DNA of 64,000 nt, taken from IMG/VR virus record IMGVR_UViG_3300043178_000087; one strand, written 5' to 3'. Position 1 is the stretch's first letter. Each line of letters begins with the position of its first letter. The notes beneath the pieces were generated by a model that was not told the origin of the DNA, did not search any database, and worked only from the letters and a program-made list of their open reading frames with translations. The DNA is from a virus. Both the position numbers and the translations under genes were made by a program. Positions 54,397-63,990 of this stretch are shown here, piece by piece.

Positions 54397-56534
54397 ATCT
54401 TGAGCGGGTGCAGGAAGTCCTGTCGGAGCTGGGCTGCGACAAGGTTCGTCCGTACAAGGAGGACACCAAGGTCGGCTCCTCCTGCCCGCTGGCACCGTGG
54501 ACGCACAAGAACGGCATCGACCGGCATCCCAGCTTCAAGGTGTCCGTCAACCCGGAAGGGATCAGCTTCGCCGACTGCTACGCCTGCGGTCACACGTCCA
54601 CGCTGGTCCGTCTGCTGGAGAAGGTCAATCAGCTCAAGGGTGGCGGCCTCGACGAGCTGCTGACCCGCGTGCGCAAAGAGGAAGAGTTCGATCTGGGGAC
54701 AAAGCTCGACGGCCTGAAGTGGATGTACGACTGGCAGGACCCTCGACGCCAGAAGAAGCTGGAGGCCGCCAAGCAGAAGTCCGCCTACCCGGTGTACGAG
54801 GACGCCCGGCTGGCGGAGTTCGCCGGACAGGTCCCGCGCTACCTGCTGGATCGCGGCGTGACCATCGAGGTCTGCCGCAAGTTCAAGCTTGGGTGGGATC
54901 CGAAGGAACGGCGGGCCATCTTCCCCGTCTGGGACGACAAAGGCAAGCTGGTCGGCATTCAGGGCCGGGCCATCGACGCCGACGCCGATCCGCGCTGGCG
55001 GAACTACTGGAACTTCCCCAAGTCCAAGTTTGTGTACGGACTGCATAGTGTGCAGTCGGGCCGTCCCATCATCGTGATGGAAGGCGTGATCGACGCGCTG
55101 GTGTGGCTGGGCTACGGCATCCCCAACTGTGTACTGCCCGGATCGTTGGTTTCGACGTCCTTCGGGGCCGTGCCGATTGAGAACGTGCAGGCGGGGATGC
55201 GCGTGGCATCTCACGACGGCAAATTGGGTCGCGTGACGTCGGTCAGCTCTCGGAGTCACGCCGGACCGGCTACCGAGCTTTGGTTTCGCAAGAATGCGCT
55301 GCCGTTGCGCACTACTGGCGATCATCGAGTGCTGCTGGTTCGCGCAGAAGATCTTCCCAAGGGAAAGGAGAAAGGGTGGGAGTTTGTCGACGAGGGAAAA
55401 ATCCGCTGGACCCCTGCTGGTGACGTCCGCCCTGGTGACGCCCTACTGTTCCCAAAATTCTCGGAGGAGACGGACACGCGTCAGCTGGACGTCCAACCGG
55501 GAGTTGCTGTCAACGGCTGCTTTGAATCTTACGGACCGTCTTGGTCGGTGCCGGTAACCGACAATTTGTTGCGGCTGGCTGGCTATTACTTGGCTGAAGG
55601 GTGCCCGACTCACGGTGGAATTCAGTTCGCATTCCACAAGGAGGAAGAACAGTACCAAGCTGAAGTGCTAAAGCTTGTGGGAAACGTGTTTGAGGTTGGC
55701 GGGAAGGTGGAACAGGTCTCTGAAAATGGTGTTCGGGTAGTTTTTGATTCGGCCGATCTCCGCACGTTTTTCTTGCAGTTCGGGAGGAAAGCTACGGCGA
55801 AGAGGGTGCCTGAGTGGATGCTGACCCTGCCTCGTAGACAAGTCCGCCACGTCGTAGAGACGTATTGGCGTGGCGACGGTTGCAAAGGCAATGGCGTGTT
55901 CAACTTTGGAACGTCGAGTCCGAACCTGATGTCGTCGATGCGTCTGCTGCTGGCCAAGTTGGGCGTCTTTGCGGGTCTGCACAGGACCACGAAAGAGGCC
56001 ATCAACGCTCGTGGGGGAAAGGCGAAGGCCACAGCGGACGCATGGCTGTTGCAGTTGAATGGCGACGCGGCAAGTGCCTTGGCAAGCCAGTTTGGAGAGG
56101 ATTTTGAACCGAAACGGAGGCTGCTGCGAGAGCGCGGAGGCGTCCGACGCCGCTATTTCTACGAATCAGAGCATTTCTTCCTGATGCCTGTTCATAAGGT
56201 AGGCGCGGCGGATTGGCACGGGCCGGTGTACGATCTTGAGGTCGAGGGGGCGCACTCCTTCCTTGTGGATGGGGCGATTGTACACAACTGTGTGTCGGTG
56301 TTCGGATCGAAGCCGACCCAGACCCAGATGGACCTGATCCGGCGCAAGGGCCTGCCTGTGGTGATGGCGTACGACGGCGACGAGGCCGGTGACGGAGCCG
56401 AGCAGGACACCATCGACCACCTGCGCGGGCGCGTGCAGCTCTTCAAGCTTGGCATCCCTCGCGGCTTGGATCCGGACAACCTCACCCGGTCGCAGGCCGT
56501 TGAGCTGCTGGAGAGGAAGAAGCTCGTTTTGTGA
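54393..56534 (+). CDS. dnaG: DNA primase (Zn-binding + TOPRIM) with intein
   Basis: CPL..H..PSF..CYACG; IVMEGVIDA; AYDGDEAG; DPD. Confidence 0.85.
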   Translation: MNLERVQEVLSELGCDKVRPYKEDTKVGSSCPLAPWTHKNGIDRHPSFKVSVNPEGISFADCYACGHTSTLVRLLEKVNQLKGGGLDELLTRVRKEEEFDLGTKLDGLKWMYDWQDPRRQKKLEAAKQKSAYPVYEDARLAEFAGQVPRYLLDRGVTIEVCRKFKLGWDPKERRAIFPVWDDKGKLVGIQGRAIDADADPRWRNYWNFPKSKFVYGLHSVQSGRPIIVMEGVIDALVWLGYGIPNCVLPGSLVSTSFGAVPIENVQAGMRVASHDGKLGRVTSVSSRSHAGPATELWFRKNALPLRTTGDHRVLLVRAEDLPKGKEKGWEFVDEGKIRWTPAGDVRPGDALLFPKFSEETDTRQLDVQPGVAVNGCFESYGPSWSVPVTDNLLRLAGYYLAEGCPTHGGIQFAFHKEEEQYQAEVLKLVGNVFEVGGKVEQVSENGVRVVFDSADLRTFFLQFGRKATAKRVPEWMLTLPRRQVRHVVETYWRGDGCKGNGVFNFGTSSPNLMSSMRLLLAKLGVFAGLHRTTKEAINARGGKAKATADAWLLQLNGDAASALASQFGEDFEPKRRLLRERGGVRRRYFYESEHFFLMPVHKVGAADWHGPVYDLEVEGAHSFLVDGAIVHNCVSVFGSKPTQTQMDLIRRKGLPVVMAYDGDEAGDGAEQDTIDHLRGRVQLFKLGIPRGLDPDNLTRSQAVELLERKKLVL
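55040..55056. promoter_or_regulatory. Palindrome copy 6 ACTGCA-TAGTG-TGCAGT
   Basis: Inside the primase CDS, ~70 nt before the intein. Confidence 0.55.
55128..56288 (+). mobile_element. LAGLIDADG intein in the primase TOPRIM domain (387 aa)
   Basis: CVLPGS...VYDLEVEGAHSFLVDGAIVHN|C; LAGYYLAEG and YWRGDG. Confidence 0.92.
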
Positions 56535-56563
56535 TTGACAAAACCTGACCGGAGCGGCATAGT
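56535..56563 (+). promoter_or_regulatory. Promoter TTGACA-17-CATAGT with a ~155-nt leader
   Basis: Directly after the primase stop. Confidence 0.7.
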
Positions 56564-56722
56564 AGAGTTGCTTACGAGGTGGATGCGAGGTTGGGCGTGT
56601 GAAGGGACGGAACGTCCCAAGGAGAAAGTGTCGGTGGAAAGGAGCTGAGTTGAACGACACCGTTTAAGTCGAAGTCTGCCTCGTGTGTTTGTGAGTTGGG
56701 TTTCTTTTTGCGGAGAACGAAG

Positions 56723-57397
56723 ATGGGCCTTTTCGGTGGCGATGCTTTTGCGGAAGCGGAGAAGAACGTCGGAAGCGGCGGTGCCCGCAGGCCGATCATC
56801 CCCGAGTTCTACCTGAAGGAGGGAGAGTCCAAGAGCGTCGTGTTCTGCGACGACTCTCCCGGGATCGTCAACGGCCACAAGATCATGATCGACCAGTTCA
56901 AGGCTCCCCGGTGGTTCACCTGCTCCGCCGGTCTGCACCCGTGCGTCTTTTGCGAGAAGAAGTACTCGCGCACGTGGATCGGACCGATGACGGTGCTGGT
57001 GGACTCGTGGACCGAGGGCAAGACCGGGCAGGTCATCCAGTGGGGCAAGAGGATCATGATGGCCAGCCAGATGACCCTCAAGAAGCTCAAGATCAAGAAG
57101 GACAACCGGATCAAGGCCGGTGAGCCCGGTCTGGTTGGCGGGATGTTCTCGATGTCCCGCGTGTCCAAGCAGAACGCCATCGACGACTGCGAGTTCCTCA
57201 AGCGCGTGACGCCCCAGATGGTCGGCGTGCCGGACTTCGCGCCGCTGAACTACGACGAGATTCTGGCGGTGCGTCCCCGCGCCGAGATCGAGGACCTGAT
57301 GCAGCGGCACGTCGTGCGCGACTGTTTCGCCAAGAAGGCGGCTCCGGTGTCGGGCGATGCCCCGGCCGGTGCGCCTTCCAGCACGGTGTCCTACTAG
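56723..57397 (+). CDS. Putative gp32-like single-stranded DNA-binding protein
   Basis: Position between primase and PolA; F.LK.GE...V.F..D; H..C..CxxC cluster. Confidence 0.5.
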   Translation: MGLFGGDAFAEAEKNVGSGGARRPIIPEFYLKEGESKSVVFCDDSPGIVNGHKIMIDQFKAPRWFTCSAGLHPCVFCEKKYSRTWIGPMTVLVDSWTEGKTGQVIQWGKRIMMASQMTLKKLKIKKDNRIKAGEPGLVGGMFSMSRVSKQNAIDDCEFLKRVTPQMVGVPDFAPLNYDEILAVRPRAEIEDLMQRHVVRDCFAKKAAPVSGDAPAGAPSSTVSY

Positions 57398-57451
57398 GAT
57401 TGTCGTGGGGGGCTCGTGGCCGCGTGGCTACGGGCCCCCTCTGACACCGCC

Positions 57452-59263
57452 ATGGACCTGAACCAGATCGCCGCCGTCCTGAAGGCCGCCCCGGCCTACA
57501 GTCTGGACATCGAGACGACGTCCCTCCAGCCGTTGGACGCGCAGATCATGGGCGTGTCCATGTCCACGGGCGATGGACCCAACACGTGGTGGTTTCCGTT
57601 CAACGAGAAGCTGACGGCGGCCGTGTTCGCCGCCACGTTCAAGGAGGTGTTCGAGGATCCGAACAAGATCTGCATCCTGCACAACGCCAAGTACGACCTG
57701 TCCTGCCTATCCTTGTCCGGTATTGCAGTGAAGAACCGCATTGCCGACACCATGGTGGCGGTCTGGATTTTGGACCCGAGCAAGGCCGGTTCCAACAAGC
57801 TGGGCCTGAAGGCGGCGGTGAAGGAATTCCTCGGCCACCAGATGGTTAAGTATCAGGAGACAGCGCTGACCGGCGACCTCTTCGGCAAGGATACGGAGGA
57901 GTATGCTAAGGACGACGCGCTCCAGACGTTCCGGCTGTGGCTGAAATTGGAACAGCTCATGAAGGAGCGCGACCCGGACGGTCGGCTCTACAAGGCGTTC
58001 TGGGACCTCGAAATGCCGATGGTTCCCATCGCGGCGGAGATGGAGCTGAGCGGCATCGCGGTCAACCGCGACTACCTGAAGAAGCTCGACAAGACCATCG
58101 TGGTGGACCTCCTCAACATTCAGGAGGCGGTCCGCAAGATGGCCGGGCATCCCGTCCTTCTGTCCAGCCCGGATCAGGTGCGCTCGTTGTTGCTGGACGA
58201 GCTGAAGATGGTGCCGCCGGACAACGCCAAGACGGGCAAGAGCGGGAAGCTCTCCATGGACTACGAGAGCCTCCAGACGTACAAGGGCAAGCACCCGGTC
58301 ATCGACCAGATCCTCAAGCACCGGGAGCAGACGAAGCTTCTCACGACGTACGTGAGGCCCCTCTTGGAGTTCTCCGACAGGTACGGGGACCACCGGGTCC
58401 ACGTGGAGTTCTGGACGACGGGTACCGACATCGGTCGCTGGACCAGCAAGGGCGGCATCAACCTGCAGAACCAGCCGCGTGAGGGCGGCATCCGACAGGC
58501 GTTCGTCGCGCCAAAGGGCAAGACGCTCGTGTGCGCCGACTACGGCCAGCTCGAACTGCGCATGGCCGCCCACGTGACGGGCGACGCCGCTCTCGTGTCG
58601 GCCTACAGCTCCGGTGCGGACGTTCACAAGCAGACGTCGGAAGCTTGCGGATGCACGAGGCAGGTCGCCAAGACGATCAACTTCGGAAGCCTGTACGGCG
58701 CGAGTCCCAAGAAGATCGCCAACGTTCTCTGGCTCGACGCCGGGCTCCGCGTGTCCGAGGACGAGGCGCGGGTTTGGATGGACAAGTTCTGGGAGAAGTA
58801 CCGGGGCTTGCAGGCGTTCCACAACCGGGTCCGCTCCGAGGTCAAGTCCGGCCTGATGAACTTCAAGACCATCACGGGCCGGATCAAGAACGTGAAGGAC
58901 GTGAAGCCCAAGGGTAACGACGCCGGGTGGACCAAGTGGCAGAAGGAGCGGCAGGAGATCGAGGCCAAGTTCCGCGTGGCCGCGCACTTCCAGATTTCCG
59001 GCAGCTCTGCCGACGTGATGATGATCAGCATGCGGAACATCCACCGGCACATTCAGGAGAAGGCTCTGGCGGACAAGCGGTGGGCCGAGGTAAAATTTCT
59101 GGTGCAGGTCCACGACGAGATCGTCCTTGAAGCGCCGGACGAGATCGCCGAGGAGATCGCCGCGCTGGTCAAGAACAAGATGGAGACTTGTGTGAAGCTT
59201 CGCGTGCCTCTGGTTTCGGATTGCCACATGGGCAAGGACTGGCTTACGGCCAAGGGGAAGTAG
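57452..59263 (+). CDS. polA: Family A DNA polymerase with 3'-5' exonuclease
   Basis: SLDIETT, HNAKYD, YAKDD; ADYGQLELR, AKTINFGSLYG (Phe762-type), VHDEIV. Start 57452 or 57416. Confidence 0.95.
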   Translation: MDLNQIAAVLKAAPAYSLDIETTSLQPLDAQIMGVSMSTGDGPNTWWFPFNEKLTAAVFAATFKEVFEDPNKICILHNAKYDLSCLSLSGIAVKNRIADTMVAVWILDPSKAGSNKLGLKAAVKEFLGHQMVKYQETALTGDLFGKDTEEYAKDDALQTFRLWLKLEQLMKERDPDGRLYKAFWDLEMPMVPIAAEMELSGIAVNRDYLKKLDKTIVVDLLNIQEAVRKMAGHPVLLSSPDQVRSLLLDELKMVPPDNAKTGKSGKLSMDYESLQTYKGKHPVIDQILKHREQTKLLTTYVRPLLEFSDRYGDHRVHVEFWTTGTDIGRWTSKGGINLQNQPREGGIRQAFVAPKGKTLVCADYGQLELRMAAHVTGDAALVSAYSSGADVHKQTSEACGCTRQVAKTINFGSLYGASPKKIANVLWLDAGLRVSEDEARVWMDKFWEKYRGLQAFHNRVRSEVKSGLMNFKTITGRIKNVKDVKPKGNDAGWTKWQKERQEIEAKFRVAAHFQISGSSADVMMISMRNIHRHIQEKALADKRWAEVKFLVQVHDEIVLEAPDEIAEEIAALVKNKMETCVKLRVPLVSDCHMGKDWLTAKGK

Positions 59264-59590
59264 ATGACTTCTATTCCGGGTTCGCCCGGTTTCCACAACA
59301 CCCCGTCGATTGGTGTCGGCGGAATCACGGCCGTTTCCGTCGAGGACGGTGCGCCCAAGCGCCTGATCATCGGCCAGCCGGGATGCACGGTGGAGATTGC
59401 CGGAGACTTGATCGTGGGTGGAAGCAACTGCGCGATGTGCAAGGCCGATGCGCCGCTGGGCGTGTTGCTGACCGGCAAGGCGACGCGGATGCTCTTCTGC
59501 TTCGAGTGCGCCAAGAAGCATCTGCACGGCACGGTCAAGGAGCTGGTCGAATCGCTGGACGTCAAGGACGAACTGGAGAAGACTACGTGA
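59264..59590 (+). CDS. CxxC hypothetical protein
   Basis: CAMC..CFEC; coupled. Confidence 0.6.
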   Translation: MTSIPGSPGFHNTPSIGVGGITAVSVEDGAPKRLIIGQPGCTVEIAGDLIVGGSNCAMCKADAPLGVLLTGKATRMLFCFECAKKHLHGTVKELVESLDVKDELEKTT

Positions 59591-61992
59591 TCCGCATCGA
59601 AGCCCCGACCCAGATCCAGCTGGGGGAGATGTTCAAGATCCCCAAGAGCATGTTCGCCCACGACGAGGTGCGCATGCTCAAGGTGGAGCTGACCGTCGAA
59701 TCCGAGATCGATGGGTCGAAGCTGGGCTTCGGCGGAAACAACGAGCCGGTCAAGATGTACGAGGAGGCGCTCAACACGTTCTCCGTTCCGAGGCGGTTCG
59801 GCTTCACGCGGTACCGCGACTTGCCCGTCATCGACAAGCGCTCCAACGGCAACCCGGTGAATCTCCAGTTCCGTGGCCAGCTTCGCCCGCAGCAGGAAGA
59901 GCCGGTGCAGAAGCTGTTGCACGCGCTAAAGACTACGCCGTGGAACGGGGCGATTCTGGAGAGCCCCTGCGGCTGCCACGCGAAGGGCACAAAGATCTTG
60001 ATGGCGGACGGAACTGCCAAAGCAGTGGAGGACATAATCGTCGGCGACCGTGTGATGGGGCGTGACGGCCCTCGAAACGTGCTTGCCCTTCATCGCGGTC
60101 GCGCTCCGATGGCGCGGGTAATACCCACCAAAGGCGAACCGTTCATGGTAAATGAGGACCATATCCTTACGGCTGTATGGTCGGGCGACGACAATCCCAG
60201 AAAAGACGGTGATATCTGGGACATCAGCGTTAAGGACTGGTTCGCTGCTTCCGAGAACGTGCGCCGCCATCTTGTTCTTTTCCGTCCGGAAGTTGATCGC
60301 TTCGAGGTAGAGCAACTGCCGCTACCGATTCCGGCCTATCATCTTGGAATGTTGCTTGGAGACGGTAGCCTTCGTACGACCAGTATCACGACCGAGGACC
60401 CCGAGATCGTCGCTGCCTGTGAAGAGCTGGCGCTTAAATTCGGACTTGAAGTCAGACGTGGCGATAGCAACGGAACGCGTTGCGCCTCCTATTATCTCAA
60501 TTCCGGCTGTAAGCACGCCGGGTCCAACAAGCTCAAAAATGCCCTTCGCGGTTTGGGGCTGCTCACAGTCAAGTCTGGCGACAAGTTCGTACCTACGCGA
60601 TACTTGACGGCTTCGTTGGCTGACAGGCTGGCTTTGATCGCAGGACTGCTGGACACGGACGGAAGCTACGCGTCTGGAGGGTTTGACTGGATTTCTAAGT
60701 CGCCCCGGCTTGCTGCGGACGTGGTTTTCCTGTGCCGGTCTGTGGGGTTGGCGGCATACGTGCGCCCGTGCAAAAAGCGGGATCAGCATGGTAACGGCGG
60801 CACTTATCATCGCGTTTCCATCAGCGGGCATTGCGACATTATTCCGACCCGCGTGGCGCGGAAGAGAGCGGCTCCCCGGCGCATCAACAAAGATTGCCGC
60901 CGGGTTGGGTTCAGGATCGAGCGCCTTCCCGAGGACGATTACTTCGGCTTTGAGGTGGATGGCGACCACCGCTACCTGATGGGCGATTTCACGTGGACGC
61001 ACAACTCCGGCAAGACCTGCATGGCCCTCAAGGTCGCCGCAGATCTTGGACTCACCACGCTCGTGGTGGTCCACAAGGAGTTCCTCGTCGATCAATGGAA
61101 GGAGCGCATCCAGCAGTTCCTCGGGCTGCCTGCGTCCAAGATCGGCCACATCCAGCAGGACATGTGTACGTTCAAGGGCAAGCCCATTGCCATCGGGATG
61201 ATCCACTCGCTGGCCGAGAAGGAGTACGTGGAGGACCTGTACCCCTACTTCGGTACGGTGATCTACGACGAGGTCCACCGGGTCGGCGCTCCCATGTTCA
61301 GCAAGTCCATTCCGAAGTTCCCGGCGAAGTACCGCATCGGGGTGTCGGCCACGCCCGACCGGAAGGACGGCCTTGAGAAGGTGTTTCTGTGGCATATCGG
61401 CGACGTGATCCGTGGGACGGGCGGCTGGGAGCTGAAGCCGACGGTCTACCTGATCGACTACACCGGCGGTGTCAGTCAGGACTGGGCCACGGGGTTCGGG
61501 GGTCGCACCAATCTGGGCAAGCTGGTCACGCTTATCACGCAGGACGTTCGTCGCAATGTATGGCTGGCCGGTGAGATCAAGAAGGCCGGGTTGGCAGGCC
61601 GCAAGATCCTTGTCCTGTCGGACCGCATCGAGCATCTCGAAGTGCTTCGCCGGATGCTGAAGAGCCACGCGCCAAGCCTGTCTTCCGCGATGTACATCGG
61701 AGGCCTGAGCGGTTCGGAGCGCGAGCGGGCTGCCGATGCCGACATCATGTTCGGCACGGCCCAGTACGCCAAGGAAGGGCTGGACATTCCGGGGCTGGAC
61801 ACGTTGTACTTGACCACGCCCCACACGGATGTGGAACAGATGGTGGGCCGCATTCTGAGGACCTGCTCCACCAAGAAAGCCCCCATCGTGGTGGACGTGG
61901 TGGACAACATGCCGCTCACCAGGGCTTTTGGCAACAAGCGGGTGTCCTTCTACATGGACCAGGGCTTCGAGGTGCGGAGGCTCAAGGTATGA
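59587..61992 (+). CDS. Superfamily II helicase (UvsW/ResIII-like) with intein
   Basis: LRPQQ, SPCG|SGKT, VIYDEVH, GVSATPDR, EGLDIPGLD, QMVGRILR. Confidence 0.9.
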   Translation: MIRIEAPTQIQLGEMFKIPKSMFAHDEVRMLKVELTVESEIDGSKLGFGGNNEPVKMYEEALNTFSVPRRFGFTRYRDLPVIDKRSNGNPVNLQFRGQLRPQQEEPVQKLLHALKTTPWNGAILESPCGCHAKGTKILMADGTAKAVEDIIVGDRVMGRDGPRNVLALHRGRAPMARVIPTKGEPFMVNEDHILTAVWSGDDNPRKDGDIWDISVKDWFAASENVRRHLVLFRPEVDRFEVEQLPLPIPAYHLGMLLGDGSLRTTSITTEDPEIVAACEELALKFGLEVRRGDSNGTRCASYYLNSGCKHAGSNKLKNALRGLGLLTVKSGDKFVPTRYLTASLADRLALIAGLLDTDGSYASGGFDWISKSPRLAADVVFLCRSVGLAAYVRPCKKRDQHGNGGTYHRVSISGHCDIIPTRVARKRAAPRRINKDCRRVGFRIERLPEDDYFGFEVDGDHRYLMGDFTWTHNSGKTCMALKVAADLGLTTLVVVHKEFLVDQWKERIQQFLGLPASKIGHIQQDMCTFKGKPIAIGMIHSLAEKEYVEDLYPYFGTVIYDEVHRVGAPMFSKSIPKFPAKYRIGVSATPDRKDGLEKVFLWHIGDVIRGTGGWELKPTVYLIDYTGGVSQDWATGFGGRTNLGKLVTLITQDVRRNVWLAGEIKKAGLAGRKILVLSDRIEHLEVLRRMLKSHAPSLSSAMYIGGLSGSERERAADADIMFGTAQYAKEGLDIPGLDTLYLTTPHTDVEQMVGRILRTCSTKKAPIVVDVVDNMPLTRAFGNKRVSFYMDQGFEVRRLKV
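59974..61005 (+). mobile_element. LAGLIDADG intein in the SF2 helicase Walker A (344 aa)
   Basis: CHAKGT...YFGFEVDGDHRYLMGDFTWTHN|S; LGMLLGDG and IAGLLDTDG. Confidence 0.92.
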
Positions 61993-63439
61993 CCATGTGG
62001 ACCAGATTCGTGGACTGGCTGCTCAAGAGGCCGCCGGAGATGGTGCGGAAGTACGACGGCCGCGTCAGGGCCGAGTGCGAACGTTGTCTCAAGGACGTGA
62101 TGCTGAGGGTTGACGGGGCCGGGCAGATCCTCAACGTGAGGATGATCGGCGGCCAGTACACGTGCAAGGAATGCGCTGAAGCGCTGTTCTTGTGGGATGA
62201 AGGCGAAGTGGTTTACGTCGGGCGCGGCGAAAGGAGATAGACATGGCACAGGAGCTGGTCAGGAAGGTGGCGGTCTCTCTCACCGTGATCGTGGATTACG
62301 ACGAGCTGTGGATCGGTTCCGGGGTCAACAAGGCCGAGCCCAAGTCGTGGAGTCCGGCCATCGAGCTGGCTCGAATGGTCAGTACCATTCAGGGGGTTCA
62401 TGAGGTGGTCTCCGTGAACAATCTGACGGTGCAGAACACCGGCAAGGACTACGAGATCGACGACCCCGAAGGCGACAAGCTGGTGCCGAGAGACGCCGAA
62501 CAGGGATGAGTTACGACGACGTCCCGCAGGAGATCAAGGTTCGGGGTCGCTGGTTCCCGCTGCCGTTCGTCCGCTTCGGGAAGGACGCATCGTCGCGGGC
62601 CATGGCGTTCTTTGCGCTGGCGCTATATGCGCTGGACGATCCCCGAGTGGACGAGGTGCTGAAGACGGCCAACATCAACATCCAATGGCCGGATGGACGT
62701 CACGAGTTCCTGTTTCCACCGGATGTTAAGAAGTAAGGAGGCCAAGTGAGCACCTTCAAGATCATCGACATCACGGAACGCTCCGTGACCATCGGCTGGC
62801 CGGACGACAAGATCGGCCCGTTCAAGATCATCGGGCCGGATCTGGACAAGCTTGAGATTGCCATCCGGGAGTCCCGTGGAAAGAAGCGGGCCAACGCCAC
62901 GGTCAGCCCGTCGATCAACCCGCCAAACGCCGGTCCGACCCAGATCCTGGGGAGGTAACGTGAGGGCGGCGGTTTGTCATCTTTGCCGGGTCACGGTGGA
63001 CAAGCCGTGGATGATCGACGGCTGGAAACCCGTCTGCAAGACGTGCTTCGACAGCTTTCGGGGGGTTCCGGGGGTTGAGGTTGTAAAGGCTCCGGTGCGA
63101 AGGGGTCTGCCGGATACAACGAAGAAGGCAGGGGAACTTCCGTCGGTTGTCGAGGTGGAGGTTGTTGCTAAACCACCTTCGCCGGAACCCCAACCTTCGG
63201 TACCTGCCGGGAAGAGCCATCTCGACGCCCTCGGCCCGGACGACGAACCTTACATCATCCTGTACCCGGAAGACCTGCCGCTGACAAATGTACTGCCCGA
63301 AGACTGCATGGTCCTCAACGGCCAGCCGGAGGTTTGGCGGAAGCAATGGGACCAGTCCAAGCTGAAGCGGCTGCTGGACAAGGAGAAGGGATGGCTGGAG
63401 GAGATGGAACTGACGGAATGGCCTCCTGACGAAACCTGA
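61989..63439 (+). CDS. Five small hypothetical genes (61989-62240, 62243-62509, 62506-62736, 62746-62958, 62960-63439)
   Basis: Coupled ORFs with RBSs. Confidence 0.55.
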
Positions 63440-63448
63440 TTCGGCCTA

Positions 63449-63476
63449 TTGACAAAACATTGCCAGCGCCTATAAT
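63449..63476 (+). promoter_or_regulatory. Promoter TTGACA-16-TATAAT
   Basis: Perfect hexamers. Confidence 0.8.
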
Positions 63477-63504
63477 ATCCAACGTTCCATATCAAGGAGC
63501 TGGC

Positions 63505-63990
63505 GTGACCGAAGAATACTGGCAGCAGTACTGGGCGACCAACAAGCAGAAGCTCCTCACCAAGCGGGCGGAGCGGTACAAGACGGATCCGGAGTACCGG
63601 GCCAAGGCCATCGAGCGGGCCAAATTGCGCTACCAACAGCTCAAGGCGCAGAAGCCGGTGGTGGAGAAGACGGTGCCGAAGCGGGTGGCGGCGGCCACGC
63701 GAACGCTTAGACCCAAGGCGGTCATGGTGGGCGGCAAGGTGTTGATGGTGAGGCACATGGCCGAGCTGGCGCGACTCTGCAAGGTTTCACCGGAAACCCT
63801 GAAGAGTTGGGAGGCGCGTGGCATCATCCCGAAGGCCACCATGCTCGACGACAACGGGCGCAGGTGGTACAGCAACGAGTACATCTCCGTCATGGCGAAG
63901 TGCGCCGAGAAGCATTGGAGCGACGTGAAGGAGCTGGAAGCCTTCAAGGCGGTCGTGGTGGCGGCGTTCAAGAAGGCTGGCGCGAAGTAG
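63505..63990 (+). CDS. MerR-like HTH DNA-binding protein
   Basis: MAELARLCKVSPETLKSWEARGIIP...NGRRWYS; AAGGAG RBS before GTG. Confidence 0.75.
   Translation: MTEEYWQQYWATNKQKLLTKRAERYKTDPEYRAKAIERAKLRYQQLKAQKPVVEKTVPKRVAAATRTLRPKAVMVGGKVLMVRHMAELARLCKVSPETLKSWEARGIIPKATMLDDNGRRWYSNEYISVMAKCAEKHWSDVKELEAFKAVVVAAFKKAGAK

Noticed and set aside
57405-57440. Hairpin overlapping the GTG start at 57416 as translational control of polA
   Set aside because: The more likely start is ATG 57452, which makes it a plain intergenic hairpin.
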